Positions 9,073-18,652 of a stretch of DNA of 60,513 bases are shown here, piece by piece (position 1 is the first letter of the stretch; each line of letters starts with the position of its first letter). The notes under the pieces were generated by a model. That model was not told the DNA's origin and ran no database searches. It worked only from the letters and a program-made list of their open reading frames with translations. This DNA comes from a virus. Taxonomy: Duplodnaviria; Caudoviricetes. The stretch is from the IMG/VR virus record IMGVR_UViG_3300041973_000006, positions 1 through 60,513 of that record; one strand, given 5' to 3'. The translations under genes and the position numbers were made by a program.

Positions 9073-9336
9073 ATGAAAATAACACGCCGAGTGTGGCTCG
9101 CAACCGCCCTCGCCGCTCTGCTAGTCGAAAGGAGAAACCCCTTGAGAGAGCACCCCCAGACCAACAGCACCGAGCCCGTCGAAGAGGCCGAACCCCGGGA
9201 CGAAATCCCCGGCGCGGAGCCACCCCCGACGTATGACGAAACGTCGACGGAGGGAGTCTCCGGCGCGGAGCCTCCGCCGACCAGCCAGGAGATGCCCGAC
9301 ACGGGTCGAGGCATCGTCGTCGAAGGACCTCTGTAA
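9073..9336 (+). CDS. Acidic Pro-rich small protein with signal-like N-terminus
   Basis: MKITRRVWLATALAALLV; internal repeat GAEPPPT x2. Confidence 0.4.
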   Translation: MKITRRVWLATALAALLVERRNPLREHPQTNSTEPVEEAEPRDEIPGAEPPPTYDETSTEGVSGAEPPPTSQEMPDTGRGIVVEGPL

Positions 9337-9341
9337 AAGAG

Positions 9342-9863
9342 ATGGTCGCGCGCTCACTACCACTGGCGCATGTCAAGACTCGTGCGGTCGAGGTCGGGGC
9401 CGTGTCGCCCGAAGTACGGCTGACCTGGCTCTACGGCCGGCTCCGTTACACGGACGCCGCGCCCCGGCCGACGCGCCTGCGAGAGAGGGTTTGGCGCTGG
9501 GCGGCGCAGTTCTGGTATGGCTGGCTTCACCAGCCGCGCGTCTCGACCGACTCTCAGCCCGTGCTGCCTGACTTCCGGGGTTCTTACAGCAGCCGTGCCG
9601 AAGCCCGAAGCTACTGTCGCGACGGGAATTGTTTCGTTCTTGCCATTCAGTTCGGCGCCCCACCTCTTGGCGACGACATCACGCGCAGCCCGACCTTCTG
9701 CCGGCCCCTGCACCCCGACTACCGTAAACAGGACTTGCAGGACGCTCTCATCTACACGCAGGACCTGGAGGAGCAACTGGTCGAGGCCGCACGGGTCAAC
9801 GAGGAAATTCTGAGGGAAGCGCATAGGGTCATCGAGCAGGCGCGGCGCGATCTCAGCGCATGA
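9342..9863 (+). CDS. Hypothetical protein with C-terminal coiled coil
   Basis: Tightly packed between neighbours in the late operon. Confidence 0.5.
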   Translation: MVARSLPLAHVKTRAVEVGAVSPEVRLTWLYGRLRYTDAAPRPTRLRERVWRWAAQFWYGWLHQPRVSTDSQPVLPDFRGSYSSRAEARSYCRDGNCFVLAIQFGAPPLGDDITRSPTFCRPLHPDYRKQDLQDALIYTQDLEEQLVEAARVNEEILREAHRVIEQARRDLSA

Positions 9864-9864
9864 A

Positions 9865-10260
9865 ATGGCGGACTCTAACTCAACCGAAATCCTCACGCGC
9901 TGGGTCGTCGGCCTCGTCCTCACGTTGCTTGGCGGAGGCGGCCTACTGGGCTGGGCGAAATTTTACCGTGAGGGTAAACGGCAGGCGGCCGATATCCACC
10001 TCGCGGGTGCGCAGGCAGAGGTCCAGCTCGCCACCGCCGAGAAAACCCGGGCGGAAGGTCAGAAGCTCCTGCTCGACGGATTGCTCGCCGCGGCGCAGGC
10101 GTTAGCGAGCGACGTAGCGCGGCTGAGAGCCGACCGTGAGGCATTGCTGATTGAGAATGAGGAATTGAAGCGTCGTGCCGAGCGGGCCGAAGCCGCCGAG
10201 AAGCTGCTTGAACAGCAGAACAAAGATCTTGCAGCCAGACTGCAAGTAAAGGGGAAGTGA
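9865..10260 (+). CDS. Holin-like protein (one N-terminal TM plus coiled coil)
   Basis: WVVGLVLTLLGGGGLLGW followed by K/R and a coiled coil. Confidence 0.55.
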   Translation: MADSNSTEILTRWVVGLVLTLLGGGGLLGWAKFYREGKRQAADIHLAGAQAEVQLATAEKTRAEGQKLLLDGLLAAAQALASDVARLRADREALLIENEELKRRAERAEAAEKLLEQQNKDLAARLQVKGK

Positions 10261-10781
10261 TGGACCACGGTTTATTCGACATCCCGGCGCGGGCGGTCTG
10301 CTGGCAATACAACTGGTGGCTGCTCGTCCCCTTTATGCTTGGCAATCTCTTCACGGCCACCGCCTACTTTCACATCCCGTGGAGCCTGTTTCGGATAGTT
10401 CGCGGCCGGCCAGGTAAGTGGCTCTCAGCCGACGTAGGACTCGCCGCCGCTTTCATCGCGCTGTGCGGAGGCGGGCACTTCATCGGCGGCGCCCTGCTCG
10501 TCTTCTGGGGCCTCTACCCGTTCGCGGTGACATGGGATTTCCTGACGGGCGTCGTCTCCTGGGTGTTCGCCATCCGGCTGCGGCGCAAGCTCGCACACAT
10601 CATCACGGCCCCGGACGTGCAGGATATCGTAAAACTTCGGGATTTCTGGGAGGAGAGGCGTGCGGAACTGGCGGCGCACCCACTGACTGAGCGCCCGACG
10701 GATTTCCAGGTGCGGCACCAGATCGACCTGACTATTAACCTCCTCGACCGTGCCATGGTGCAGGCGGGCGTGACTACGTGA
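10260..10781 (+). CDS. Three-TM ethylene-receptor (ETR1)-like sensor domain, no kinase domain
   Basis: GNLFTATAYFHIPWSL / AFIALCGGGHF / LTGVVSW align with ETR1-type SD.FIA.AYFSIP / AFIVLCGATH / LTA.VS motifs. Confidence 0.75.
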   Translation: MDHGLFDIPARAVCWQYNWWLLVPFMLGNLFTATAYFHIPWSLFRIVRGRPGKWLSADVGLAAAFIALCGGGHFIGGALLVFWGLYPFAVTWDFLTGVVSWVFAIRLRRKLAHIITAPDVQDIVKLRDFWEERRAELAAHPLTERPTDFQVRHQIDLTINLLDRAMVQAGVTT

Positions 10782-10787
10782 AGCCGT

Positions 10788-11213
10788 TTGGAATACGTGG
10801 ACCTCATTCTGACGAGGGTCGTCCCCGTGCTCAGCGCGCTCGGCCTTGGGCTGGGCTGGTTCTTTGAGCGACGCAAGCGTCGGGCTGAAGCCAGGAAAGT
10901 CGAGGCGGATGCCAGTCACCGCGAAGCGGAGACGCGCAATCTCGACGTCGAGCAGGAGATCAAGCGGGACGATGCTACGGTGTCACACGTAGACAAGCTG
11001 CTCGACAAGGCCGAGCGGGTTTCAGAACGGCTGCTGGCGGTCCACGCCGAACTGATGGGATGCCGGGTTGAGGTGACAAAACGCGATCTCAGGATCATGG
11101 AGCTGGAGGCCGACGCCAACCACATGAAGGTCGCAATGCAACTGGTTCGTGACGAGAACACCGCGCAGGAAGAGATGATTGCGCAATACCGGGAAAAGTA
11201 TGGGAGCCTCTAA
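10788..11213 (+). CDS. Holin-like protein (one N-terminal TM plus coiled coil)
   Basis: VVPVLSALGLGLGWFFERRKRRAE followed by a coiled coil; same architecture as 9865..10260. Confidence 0.55.
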   Translation: MEYVDLILTRVVPVLSALGLGLGWFFERRKRRAEARKVEADASHREAETRNLDVEQEIKRDDATVSHVDKLLDKAERVSERLLAVHAELMGCRVEVTKRDLRIMELEADANHMKVAMQLVRDENTAQEEMIAQYREKYGSL

Positions 11214-11619
11214 AGCAACAGCCCCGATCGTGATCGTGGCCGACGATTACGACGACATCCGCAGAAGCCTGCGCCTGCTGCTCGAAGCGGAAGGGTTCGA
11301 GGTGCACGAGGCCCGTGACGGCAGAGAGGCTGTCGCTACGTTCACGCGGCTCCTCAGTGAAGGCGTCCACGTGGACGCTGCCATCCTCGACCACATGATG
11401 CCCCACCTGAAGGGTGACGTGGCCGCGGTCATGATGCGCGAACATGCCGAAAAAGCAGGCATCGCTCCGCCGAGGATTCTGCCGCTGACCGGCTCGAAGG
11501 ATGGCGATCTGGTGGCGAGGTGGCAGGCAGCCGGCGTCCATCAGATGTTCATCAAGCCGGGCTTCGAGGAGTTGTTGAACTGCATCAAGGGGCGACCGTT
11601 GGTCGCTGCCCGAAGGTGA
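11200..11619 (+). CDS. Stand-alone CheY-like response regulator receiver domain
   Basis: IVADD, phosphoacceptor ILDHMMP..G, LTG and FIKP all conserved. Confidence 0.9.
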   Translation: MGASKATAPIVIVADDYDDIRRSLRLLLEAEGFEVHEARDGREAVATFTRLLSEGVHVDAAILDHMMPHLKGDVAAVMMREHAEKAGIAPPRILPLTGSKDGDLVARWQAAGVHQMFIKPGFEELLNCIKGRPLVAARR

Positions 11620-11742
11620 GGGGCACCGGATGGAAGGCTGCTCCTGCACGTCGGCCGTCGTCATTACCGTCCCCGTCACGCTGGGGACGGTTTTTCTGAT
11701 TGCGGTTTTAGCCGGCCTGGGTCGCCGACGCCGGGGTAAGGA

Positions 11743-12363
11743 ATGAACCGGCCGTTTCCTCCAGAGCAGCTCCTCGACGAATTGGAGGCCGAGTTCGTGC
11801 CGGCTCCCGATGTGCTGGAGTGGGCGCTTGAGGCTTTCGTTGAGCCGGGAGGACCTTTCTATGACGAAGGGCACGAGCACCTGCTCGATGCGCAGCTGGG
11901 CTTTCTCTGGACCAGCGCGGCCAACTCCAGGCGCGGCGTCAGCGTCGCCGGCGATGCCTCGATGCCCCAGAGCGTCGCCCGGCGCCTCGGCGGATGGGAA
12001 AAGGAGATGTACCTGTGGAACCTGCGACGCTGGTTCGGTACCGACAGGCTCGACTTCCTGATCCGCCTCTCGGCCCCTATCTCGGCCGAGTACTCGGACC
12101 TATCTTTCTGTGCGCTGGTGAAGCATGAACTTTGTCACTGCGCGCAGGCCCTGAAGGACGGTCGGTTGTGGTTTAAGAAAGATGGCAGCCGCGTCTTTAC
12201 TCTGGTGGGACATGACGTCGAGCAGCACATCGCGGTTGTTCGTGACTTCGGCCCGGTCGGCCGCAACGTCAAAAGCTTCGTCGAGGCCGCGACCTCTCCC
12301 CCACGGTTCGGGGAAGCCGACGTCGAGATTGCCTGTGGTAACTGTCTCAGGCTCGCCGCATGA
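11743..12363 (+). CDS. Putative phage metallopeptidase
   Basis: ALVKHELCHC...GHDVEQH..VVRDFG, typical of the family found next to terminase genes. Confidence 0.8.
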   Translation: MNRPFPPEQLLDELEAEFVPAPDVLEWALEAFVEPGGPFYDEGHEHLLDAQLGFLWTSAANSRRGVSVAGDASMPQSVARRLGGWEKEMYLWNLRRWFGTDRLDFLIRLSAPISAEYSDLSFCALVKHELCHCAQALKDGRLWFKKDGSRVFTLVGHDVEQHIAVVRDFGPVGRNVKSFVEAATSPPRFGEADVEIACGNCLRLAA

Positions 12364-12371
12364 GTGGCGTG

Positions 12372-12389
12372 ACCTATAACGTTATAGGT
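12372..12389. promoter_or_regulatory. Perfect 18 bp palindrome ACCTATAACGTTATAGGT overlapping the terS RBS (member of a dispersed family)
   Basis: Direct reading; related copies at about nine other sites. Confidence 0.8.
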
Positions 12390-12394
12390 GCTAT

Positions 12395-12973
12395 GTGGCT
12401 GACGAGAAGACCCGGAACGGGGAACAGAAAAAGCCTCTCAGACTCACGGAGAAGCAGAAGCGCTTCGTCGTCGAGATGCTGGCCTGCCACGAGCCGCCGC
12501 TGGAGGTTGTGAAAGCTCTCAAGCTCGAATTCAAGCTGGACGTCACCCGGCAGGCAGTCGAGCGTTACGACCCAACCACCGCGGCCGGGCAGGAGTTGAG
12601 CGAGAAGCTGAAGGATTACTTCTGGGAGGTGCGTCAGAAGTGGGATGAGCAGGCCGAACAGGACCTGATCGGCAATATCAAGCACCGCCTCGGCGTCTAC
12701 CGGTCGATCCTGAGGCGTGCCGTCAACCGGGGTGATGATCGCCTCGCTCTCGAAGTGATGAAACAGACCGCTCAGGATAAGGGCGGCGCATTCACTAATC
12801 GGAGAGTGTTAGACGGTAAGGTGGAATTATCTACCGAGGAGCAGAAGCGTGAGTTGGCGGCAGCCATGCTGAAGAAGTTAGTGGCGGAGGGGAAGAGTAA
12901 AGTCGAGGCGCGGACCGAACTGATTAGGATGGGCGTAGATGAGCGGCACCTCCCAACCCTACAAGATAGTTGA
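12395..12973 (+). CDS. terS: Terminase small subunit (DUF2280-like)
   Basis: LTEKQKRFVVEMLAC..P..V...LK.EF..DVTRQAVERYDPT..QTAQDKGGAFTNRR; upstream of terL. Confidence 0.8.
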   Translation: MADEKTRNGEQKKPLRLTEKQKRFVVEMLACHEPPLEVVKALKLEFKLDVTRQAVERYDPTTAAGQELSEKLKDYFWEVRQKWDEQAEQDLIGNIKHRLGVYRSILRRAVNRGDDRLALEVMKQTAQDKGGAFTNRRVLDGKVELSTEEQKRELAAAMLKKLVAEGKSKVEARTELIRMGVDERHLPTLQDS

Positions 12974-14696
12974 GCGCGAACTCTTCGAGTACTTCGCACT
13001 CGGCGACGAAGGCTTCGCTCTGCCCGAGGACTTCAATACGCCTATTTGCGATTTGCCGCCTCTTGCCTGGGCCGAAGCTCACCGCCGGCTCGAAGGCCGC
13101 CAGTTCTCTCTCGACTATATACCCGAGCTTAACGAAGGCTACGAGCCGCTAAAGGACATCTACAACGATACACATCCCTTCATCGTCATCATGAAGCCTG
13201 CGCAGGTCGGTGTCTCGGAGCTGGCCATCTGCCGGGCTCTGCACGCGCTCGACGTCGGCGCACGCTTCTATAACACCCAGAGCGATGGTCTAAACGTCGG
13301 TTATCTCTTTCCAACGCAGGACGCGCTGCTCGACTTCACCAAAGAGCGCTTCGATGGTATCAAGGGCGAGACCGACTATCTGGGGGCGCTCTTCACGGAT
13401 GTGGACAACGCCAGGCTGAAGAAGGCCAGAAACAGCTACCTCTACCTGCGCGGGGCGTGGTCCACGAAGGCCGTGAAGTCTTTCAAGGCCGATCTCCTCA
13501 TCCTCGATGAGCGCGACGAGATGCTCTCGTCTGCCGTCGCGCTTGCCGAGAAGCGCCTGCGGCACAGTCGTATCAAGATGCAGTTTCGGCTCTCAACCCC
13601 GACGAAGCCGGGTAAGGGCATCCATGCCGATTATTTAAGGTCGGACCAGCGCGTCTGGGAGGTGAATTGCTCCGCCTGCGGTGAGTGGAACGAGCTCAAC
13701 TTCTTCCGGGACGTTAAATGCGACGGCGCCGATTACGAAGACTGGAAGCTCTGGGAGCCGGAGCGAGTCCACACGGCGGAGGTCGCCGTATGCTGTCCGT
13801 CATGCCACCACCCGCTCTGTGATGCCGACAGGTTCGGCCCCGGCCGGTGGGTGGCGCGCCAGCCGGAAGTCACCGCCATCCGCGGCTACCACGTCCCGGC
13901 ACTCTCCTTCCCGCGGGTCGACATCCGAAAGCTCTGCGTCACCGCTATCAGCGATGAGCCCCAACAGGTCCTCGAATTCTTCCGCTCGGACCTCGGCGTC
14001 CCGTACGAGCAGGAGGGGAGCAGCATCACCGAGACCATGCTCAAAAAGCTGAGCTCGGACCTACCCGGCGGCCGCCTACCCGAAGGCGTCAAGTGGCGCA
14101 AGGTCACGATGGGCGTGGACGTGGGCAAGCGCTTCCATTTCCGTATCTCAGGGACAGGTCCTGATAACAGGCGCTACGTTCTGAAGATGGGATGGGTCAG
14201 GGGCTGGGATGAACTCGACGCACTGATGGAAGAGTTCGGTGTGCGCCACTGCGTCATCGACAAGGACCCGGAGCTTTCGGCCTGTGAGGCGTGGGCGACA
14301 AAGCACAAGGGCAAGGTGACGCGCGCCCACTATCCGACCGGCGCGAACGCGTTAAAGGGTGTCCTCTTTGCCCCAGAGGCGGAGAAGATCGAAGGGCTCG
14401 TTCAGATCAACCGTACGATGGCGATGGATACCGTTTACAGCATTGTCGCGACGGGTAAAGAGGTCTGGCCGACGCAGATACACAATGATCCTGAAGTGAT
14501 TTCGCACATGACGGCGCCGACGCGCGTCATCGTCGAGAATGATGAAGGGCAGCCGCGCGCAACGTGGGTTCACACCAAGCGCGACGATTTATTTCACGCC
14601 TGCGTCTACGACCATATTGCGCTGGCCACTCTACCGAAGAAGCTGCCGGGAGTCGCTCTGGGCTTAGGTAGCGCAAGAGGATGGGGCTTCGACTGA
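12939..14696 (+). CDS. terL: Terminase large subunit (lambda GpA-like)
   Basis: MKPAQVGVSE Walker A, LILDERD Walker B, LSTPT, Zn-finger CxxC, MGVDVG nuclease motif. Confidence 0.92.
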   Translation: MSGTSQPYKIVERELFEYFALGDEGFALPEDFNTPICDLPPLAWAEAHRRLEGRQFSLDYIPELNEGYEPLKDIYNDTHPFIVIMKPAQVGVSELAICRALHALDVGARFYNTQSDGLNVGYLFPTQDALLDFTKERFDGIKGETDYLGALFTDVDNARLKKARNSYLYLRGAWSTKAVKSFKADLLILDERDEMLSSAVALAEKRLRHSRIKMQFRLSTPTKPGKGIHADYLRSDQRVWEVNCSACGEWNELNFFRDVKCDGADYEDWKLWEPERVHTAEVAVCCPSCHHPLCDADRFGPGRWVARQPEVTAIRGYHVPALSFPRVDIRKLCVTAISDEPQQVLEFFRSDLGVPYEQEGSSITETMLKKLSSDLPGGRLPEGVKWRKVTMGVDVGKRFHFRISGTGPDNRRYVLKMGWVRGWDELDALMEEFGVRHCVIDKDPELSACEAWATKHKGKVTRAHYPTGANALKGVLFAPEAEKIEGLVQINRTMAMDTVYSIVATGKEVWPTQIHNDPEVISHMTAPTRVIVENDEGQPRATWVHTKRDDLFHACVYDHIALATLPKKLPGVALGLGSARGWGFD

Positions 14697-16258
14697 TGAG
14701 TAAAATAAACCCCCTTGGTCTGCTCGACTATGATGAGCAGCCGGCCGAGAGAAGCGGCGTCAACCCTCTCGGCCTCACGGTCTCAGAGCGTTCCTATACG
14801 TCTCACGGACCGCGAAAGCACAAGCCCGTCGAGGCCGAGCCCGTCACACCGCGCGCGGCGGAGGTCTCCACTACTACGCTGGGCCGATCCGTAGCCGGCG
14901 GCAGAATCTCCATCGACCGGCCGGATGATGCGTTCTTCGGTAATTCACTGGCCACGTTCGTCACCCAAAACTCCGAGGCAAATATATTTCGGTCCGAGAA
15001 GTTCGATGCGCGCGCCCTCGCGCGCATGCCGGTCTCCCGGCTGATGGAACTGCTCGCCGATAACTCCCCCGAGGTCTCCCGTGCTCTCTGGGATTTTCTG
15101 CTCTTCTGCAATCCCGGCTGGAAGGCGAAGGCTTTCAAACCCGGAACTGAGGAAGTCGACAAGCAGGCACAGGCGGCGCTCGACGAGTTCCTTTCCAATC
15201 TCCACGGCCCGTTCGCCGCACCTCACGTCATGCCGGCCGACGTGGTCATCGCATCGCTCTTCATGACGCTTTTCATGCGTGGGTGCGTGCTTGCCGAGCT
15301 CGTCCTCGACGAAGCCGGCCGGATGCCTCTGGAGATTGCCACTCCTGACCCCATTACGCTCCAGTTCCGGCGCGGCGCGGACCCGGCCAGAGGCAAGGTC
15401 TGGCTCGTCGGACAACAGCAGGGCTCCGACTTCGTCGTGCTCGACCGCCCGACGGTCTGCTACGTGCCGCTTCATCCTTTTCCTGGCTCGGCGCAAGGAA
15501 GGCCTATCGCCGCCTCCGCAATTTTCTCGGCGCTTTTCCTGATAGGGATGCTCTATGACCTGAAGCGTGTAGTGCAGCAGCAGGGGTACCCCCGGCTTGA
15601 CATCGCCATAGACGTAGAGAAGCTCAAGGACCTGCTTGAAGACGACGAGGCTTTCAGCAGCTTTGATAAGTTTAACGAAGTGGTGGACGAGATCACGTCT
15701 CAGGTGGCGAAGCATTACGCGAGTCTTCAAGCCGATGATGCTTACGTCCACACCACGGTGGTCAGTGTGGATATGCCTGTCGGCGCCGTCGATTCGCGGA
15801 GCCTCGGCGCGGTCGACGGTCTGCTGCGCGCGATTGAGCGAATGACTGTCAGGGCGCTGAAGTCGATGCCACTGCTCTTCGGTATCAACGAAGCAGTAGC
15901 TGAGACACACGCCAACCGCCAGTGGGAGATCCACGTCGCCGGCATCAAGTCGGTTCAGCACCTCGTTGAATTCGTCCTGGAGCGTCTTTGTGGGCTTGGC
16001 CTCCAGGCCCGCGGTATTGCCGCCATAGTTCGGTTCAGGTTCGCGGAGCTGCGGGCGGCGGAGATGCTACGTGACGCGCAGACCGAACAGACGAGAATCA
16101 ACAACGCGGTCAGGAAAAGAGACGAAGGCTTCATCACCCAGAACGAGGCATCGCAGGAGATCACCGGCAAGGATGCCGCTGCCGCTGGGCCCGTGCGAGA
16201 GACAAAGTCAGGCTCGGCCGGCGCCAACGTCGAGCCCGAGCCTGGAAGTAATCGCTAA
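14696..16258 (+). CDS. Portal protein
   Basis: About 520 aa directly after terL; position and size. Confidence 0.75.
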   Translation: MSKINPLGLLDYDEQPAERSGVNPLGLTVSERSYTSHGPRKHKPVEAEPVTPRAAEVSTTTLGRSVAGGRISIDRPDDAFFGNSLATFVTQNSEANIFRSEKFDARALARMPVSRLMELLADNSPEVSRALWDFLLFCNPGWKAKAFKPGTEEVDKQAQAALDEFLSNLHGPFAAPHVMPADVVIASLFMTLFMRGCVLAELVLDEAGRMPLEIATPDPITLQFRRGADPARGKVWLVGQQQGSDFVVLDRPTVCYVPLHPFPGSAQGRPIAASAIFSALFLIGMLYDLKRVVQQQGYPRLDIAIDVEKLKDLLEDDEAFSSFDKFNEVVDEITSQVAKHYASLQADDAYVHTTVVSVDMPVGAVDSRSLGAVDGLLRAIERMTVRALKSMPLLFGINEAVAETHANRQWEIHVAGIKSVQHLVEFVLERLCGLGLQARGIAAIVRFRFAELRAAEMLRDAQTEQTRINNAVRKRDEGFITQNEASQEITGKDAAAAGPVRETKSGSAGANVEPEPGSNR

Positions 16259-16319
16259 AGACGTGGCCCCCATCTATCAACCCAATCCCGCTACGCGGGG
16301 CTAACGAGGAGGAAAACCA

Positions 16320-16502
16320 GTGGCCTTTGAAGGAGTGAAACCTGTCCGGAGCGACTCGGGAGAGAAGTTCGAGTTGCACTGGGGCGGTAAGGTAGAGACG
16401 TACGATAACCGTGGAGAGGCCGAGCGCGAGCTTCTGAAACGGATGCAATTAGCAGCCGGCCGTGAGCAGCCGGCACCCGAGATTCGGAGCGAGGAAAGCT
16501 AG
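16320..16502 (+). CDS. Small hypothetical protein
   Basis: GAGGAGG RBS; 60 aa. Confidence 0.5.
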   Translation: MAFEGVKPVRSDSGEKFELHWGGKVETYDNRGEAERELLKRMQLAAGREQPAPEIRSEES

Positions 16503-16506
16503 ACGC

Positions 16507-16565
16507 CGCGCGTAGTGTTGCGCGTAGTGTTGCGCCGCCTCAGAACTCATTCTTCACATCATAAT
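16507..16565 (+). promoter_or_regulatory. Putative late promoter 2
   Basis: 33 bp identical to 5675-5707; CATAAT starts 21 bp after its end; followed by a 14 bp stem hairpin (16563-16600). Confidence 0.75.
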
Positions 16566-16606
16566 GCGCCAGTGCGTGAGTCCATCCGCACTGGCGCATT
16601 TCCTTT

Positions 16607-16789
16607 ATGAGCAAAGCCACAGCAACCTCTCGTTACTGTCCAAGCTGCCATCTGCGGGTAAGCACCGCGGCGACGAGCGTCTGTACTAACTGCGGCGCGC
16701 GGCTTTCTCAGCCTGATCCCCGCCGCGTCCGCGCGGAAGATCCGAGGCGCGGTAAGCCCGCCGCCAATCAGAGACGGAGGCCCTTGTGA
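16607..16789 (+). CDS. Small zinc-ribbon protein
   Basis: CPSC...CTNC; GTGA overlap with the protease gene. Confidence 0.45.
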   Translation: MSKATATSRYCPSCHLRVSTAATSVCTNCGARLSQPDPRRVRAEDPRRGKPAANQRRRPL

Positions 16790-18150
16790 GCGACACCGCG
16801 AATATGTTGTTTGCCCACCCGGCCGCCTGTTCCCAGCGTGCCACGACGACCGAACTGTTGGAGATCGCCCGGACTCGCCGCGCTTTGAACGCCGAGGTCT
16901 TCGAGAGGCACAAGCCGTTCTTCTGGACGGCTGAGATCTCCAGCGGCCGCCTCGACGCCTACTACACCCGAATGGCCGTCTCGACCCTCAAGAATTACGC
17001 GGCCGACGCGGAGGCGGGCGTGGCCTTTCAGAACAGCCATAGGACGCGCGAACTCAGCCTCGGTCGTTCTCTCACTGGCCAATTCATAGGCGGACAGGGC
17101 AACGGCATCGCGCGAGTCGTCGCAGACTTCTACACCGTCTCGGGCCTCCAGCTCGGCGAGGTTCCTACCGACCAGATCATCACCGGCATTGAGACCGGGA
17201 TTCTTTCCGACGTTTCCGTCGGCTTCTACGGCGGCCGCTTCGTCTGCTCCATCTGCGGGCGCGACATGCTTCGCGACTGGGACTGCTGGCACATCCCCGG
17301 CTGGGAGGAGGAGGTCGAAGGTGACGGTCAGGTCCGCAAGGTCATAGCGGAAGCGACCGTCGAGGATGCGCACCTCGCGGAAGTGAGCGTTGTCTATGAC
17401 GGGGCCACACCGGGCGCCGCGATTCTCAAGGCACAGTCCGAGGCCGAGTCCGGGCGAATCCGTCCCGAAGCGAAGCGCTTAATCGAACAGCGCTACCGCA
17501 TCAACCTGCCGGACAAGCGAGTCATCGTTCCCGGCCACAACAACGGAGAGAGGCAGATGTCACAGCGAAGGGACAATGACCCCGCCGCGCCGCCGACAAC
17601 CGACCCCACTGCACCGCCGCCCGCGGACCCGGCTCCGCAACCCACTCCGGACCCGGCTCCCGCGCCCGCTCCAAGCCCGGCGCCCAGCCCTGAGCCCGCT
17701 CCGGCGCCCGCCCCGGAACCGGCGCCCGCCCCGGAGCCGACACCCGCTCCCGTCGAGGGAGAGGTCATTCCGGTGGAGGAGGCTACCCGGCAACTGCCGG
17801 CAGTGCGCACGCTGCTCGTCGCTGCCGGAGTCCCCGATACCGGGTCTCTCTTGAATCGCATCAACGCGCTCGTCGAGCGCGCGCGTGACGGCGCGGCCTA
17901 CCGCACCAGTCTGATTGAAGAGGCCCTCCAGGAGGGCGTGCGCGCCTTAGGCGCCAGCTTCAATCAGGAAGCATACCGCCGCACGCTGGAGGCGTCCTCG
18001 ATAGACGTCATCAAGCTGATGCGCGATGACTGGGCGCGCGCCGCGAAGAGCAACTTCGCGGGCGGTCGTCAAACGGTCGAGGGTGATCGTGGCGTCGAGG
18101 CTGAGGCGGCGCCGGTCGAGGTTCATGAGTCCGCCTTCGCGGGGGCGTAA
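16786..18150 (+). CDS. Prohead protease/scaffold fusion
   Basis: FQNSH, DVSVGF..CSICG, AEVSVVYDGATPGA; Pro/Ala linker then helical scaffold-like C-terminus. Confidence 0.8.
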   Translation: MSDTANMLFAHPAACSQRATTTELLEIARTRRALNAEVFERHKPFFWTAEISSGRLDAYYTRMAVSTLKNYAADAEAGVAFQNSHRTRELSLGRSLTGQFIGGQGNGIARVVADFYTVSGLQLGEVPTDQIITGIETGILSDVSVGFYGGRFVCSICGRDMLRDWDCWHIPGWEEEVEGDGQVRKVIAEATVEDAHLAEVSVVYDGATPGAAILKAQSEAESGRIRPEAKRLIEQRYRINLPDKRVIVPGHNNGERQMSQRRDNDPAAPPTTDPTAPPPADPAPQPTPDPAPAPAPSPAPSPEPAPAPAPEPAPAPEPTPAPVEGEVIPVEEATRQLPAVRTLLVAAGVPDTGSLLNRINALVERARDGAAYRTSLIEEALQEGVRALGASFNQEAYRRTLEASSIDVIKLMRDDWARAAKSNFAGGRQTVEGDRGVEAEAAPVEVHESAFAGA

Positions 18151-18223
18151 GAGCCTCCACTGTAAGGTGGTCAGTTAACGCGCGCTGCTTTCGCGGCAGG
18201 CGCCCACAGGAGGAGAGAGCGTC

Positions 18224-18652
18224 ATGGCAGACCCGAGAGACGAGGCCGCGTACGACGGCATCGCCGCGCACTACACCACTTACGAGCACGATAACACCAT
18301 CGTCTTCGACGCGACCAAAACCGGCGGCTCGGAGCAGGCGGGGCTTGCCGTCACCATCGTCGACGATAAGAAGGTCGGCCTCGTCGGCGACGGGCAGGCC
18401 GTGAAGGGCAAGCTGATCCTCGTCGAGGCGGGCGGGATGTGCAACGTCCAGGACGAGGGCTATCTGACCGGGATGAAGGTGGGCGACGGCGGAGCGCTCA
18501 CGCCCGGCGCGAAGGTCGTCGGCGACCTCGGGCCCGCGAACGCCAAGGGCTACATCCGCGACGTGAATGCGGCCGTCGCCGCCGAGTTGCTTGCGGCGCG
18601 CGGCGAGGTCATTGATGCGACGGACGCGGCGGACGCCACCGTCAAGCTGTAA
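18224..18652 (+). CDS. Head decoration/cement protein
   Basis: Small Gly/Ala-rich beta protein between protease and capsid genes. Confidence 0.65.
   Translation: MADPRDEAAYDGIAAHYTTYEHDNTIVFDATKTGGSEQAGLAVTIVDDKKVGLVGDGQAVKGKLILVEAGGMCNVQDEGYLTGMKVGDGGALTPGAKVVGDLGPANAKGYIRDVNAAVAAELLAARGEVIDATDAADATVKL

Noticed and set aside
17575-17755. Repetitive CCGGCGCCC-type DNA as a possible repeat array
   Set aside because: Encodes the Pro/Ala linker of the protease-scaffold protein
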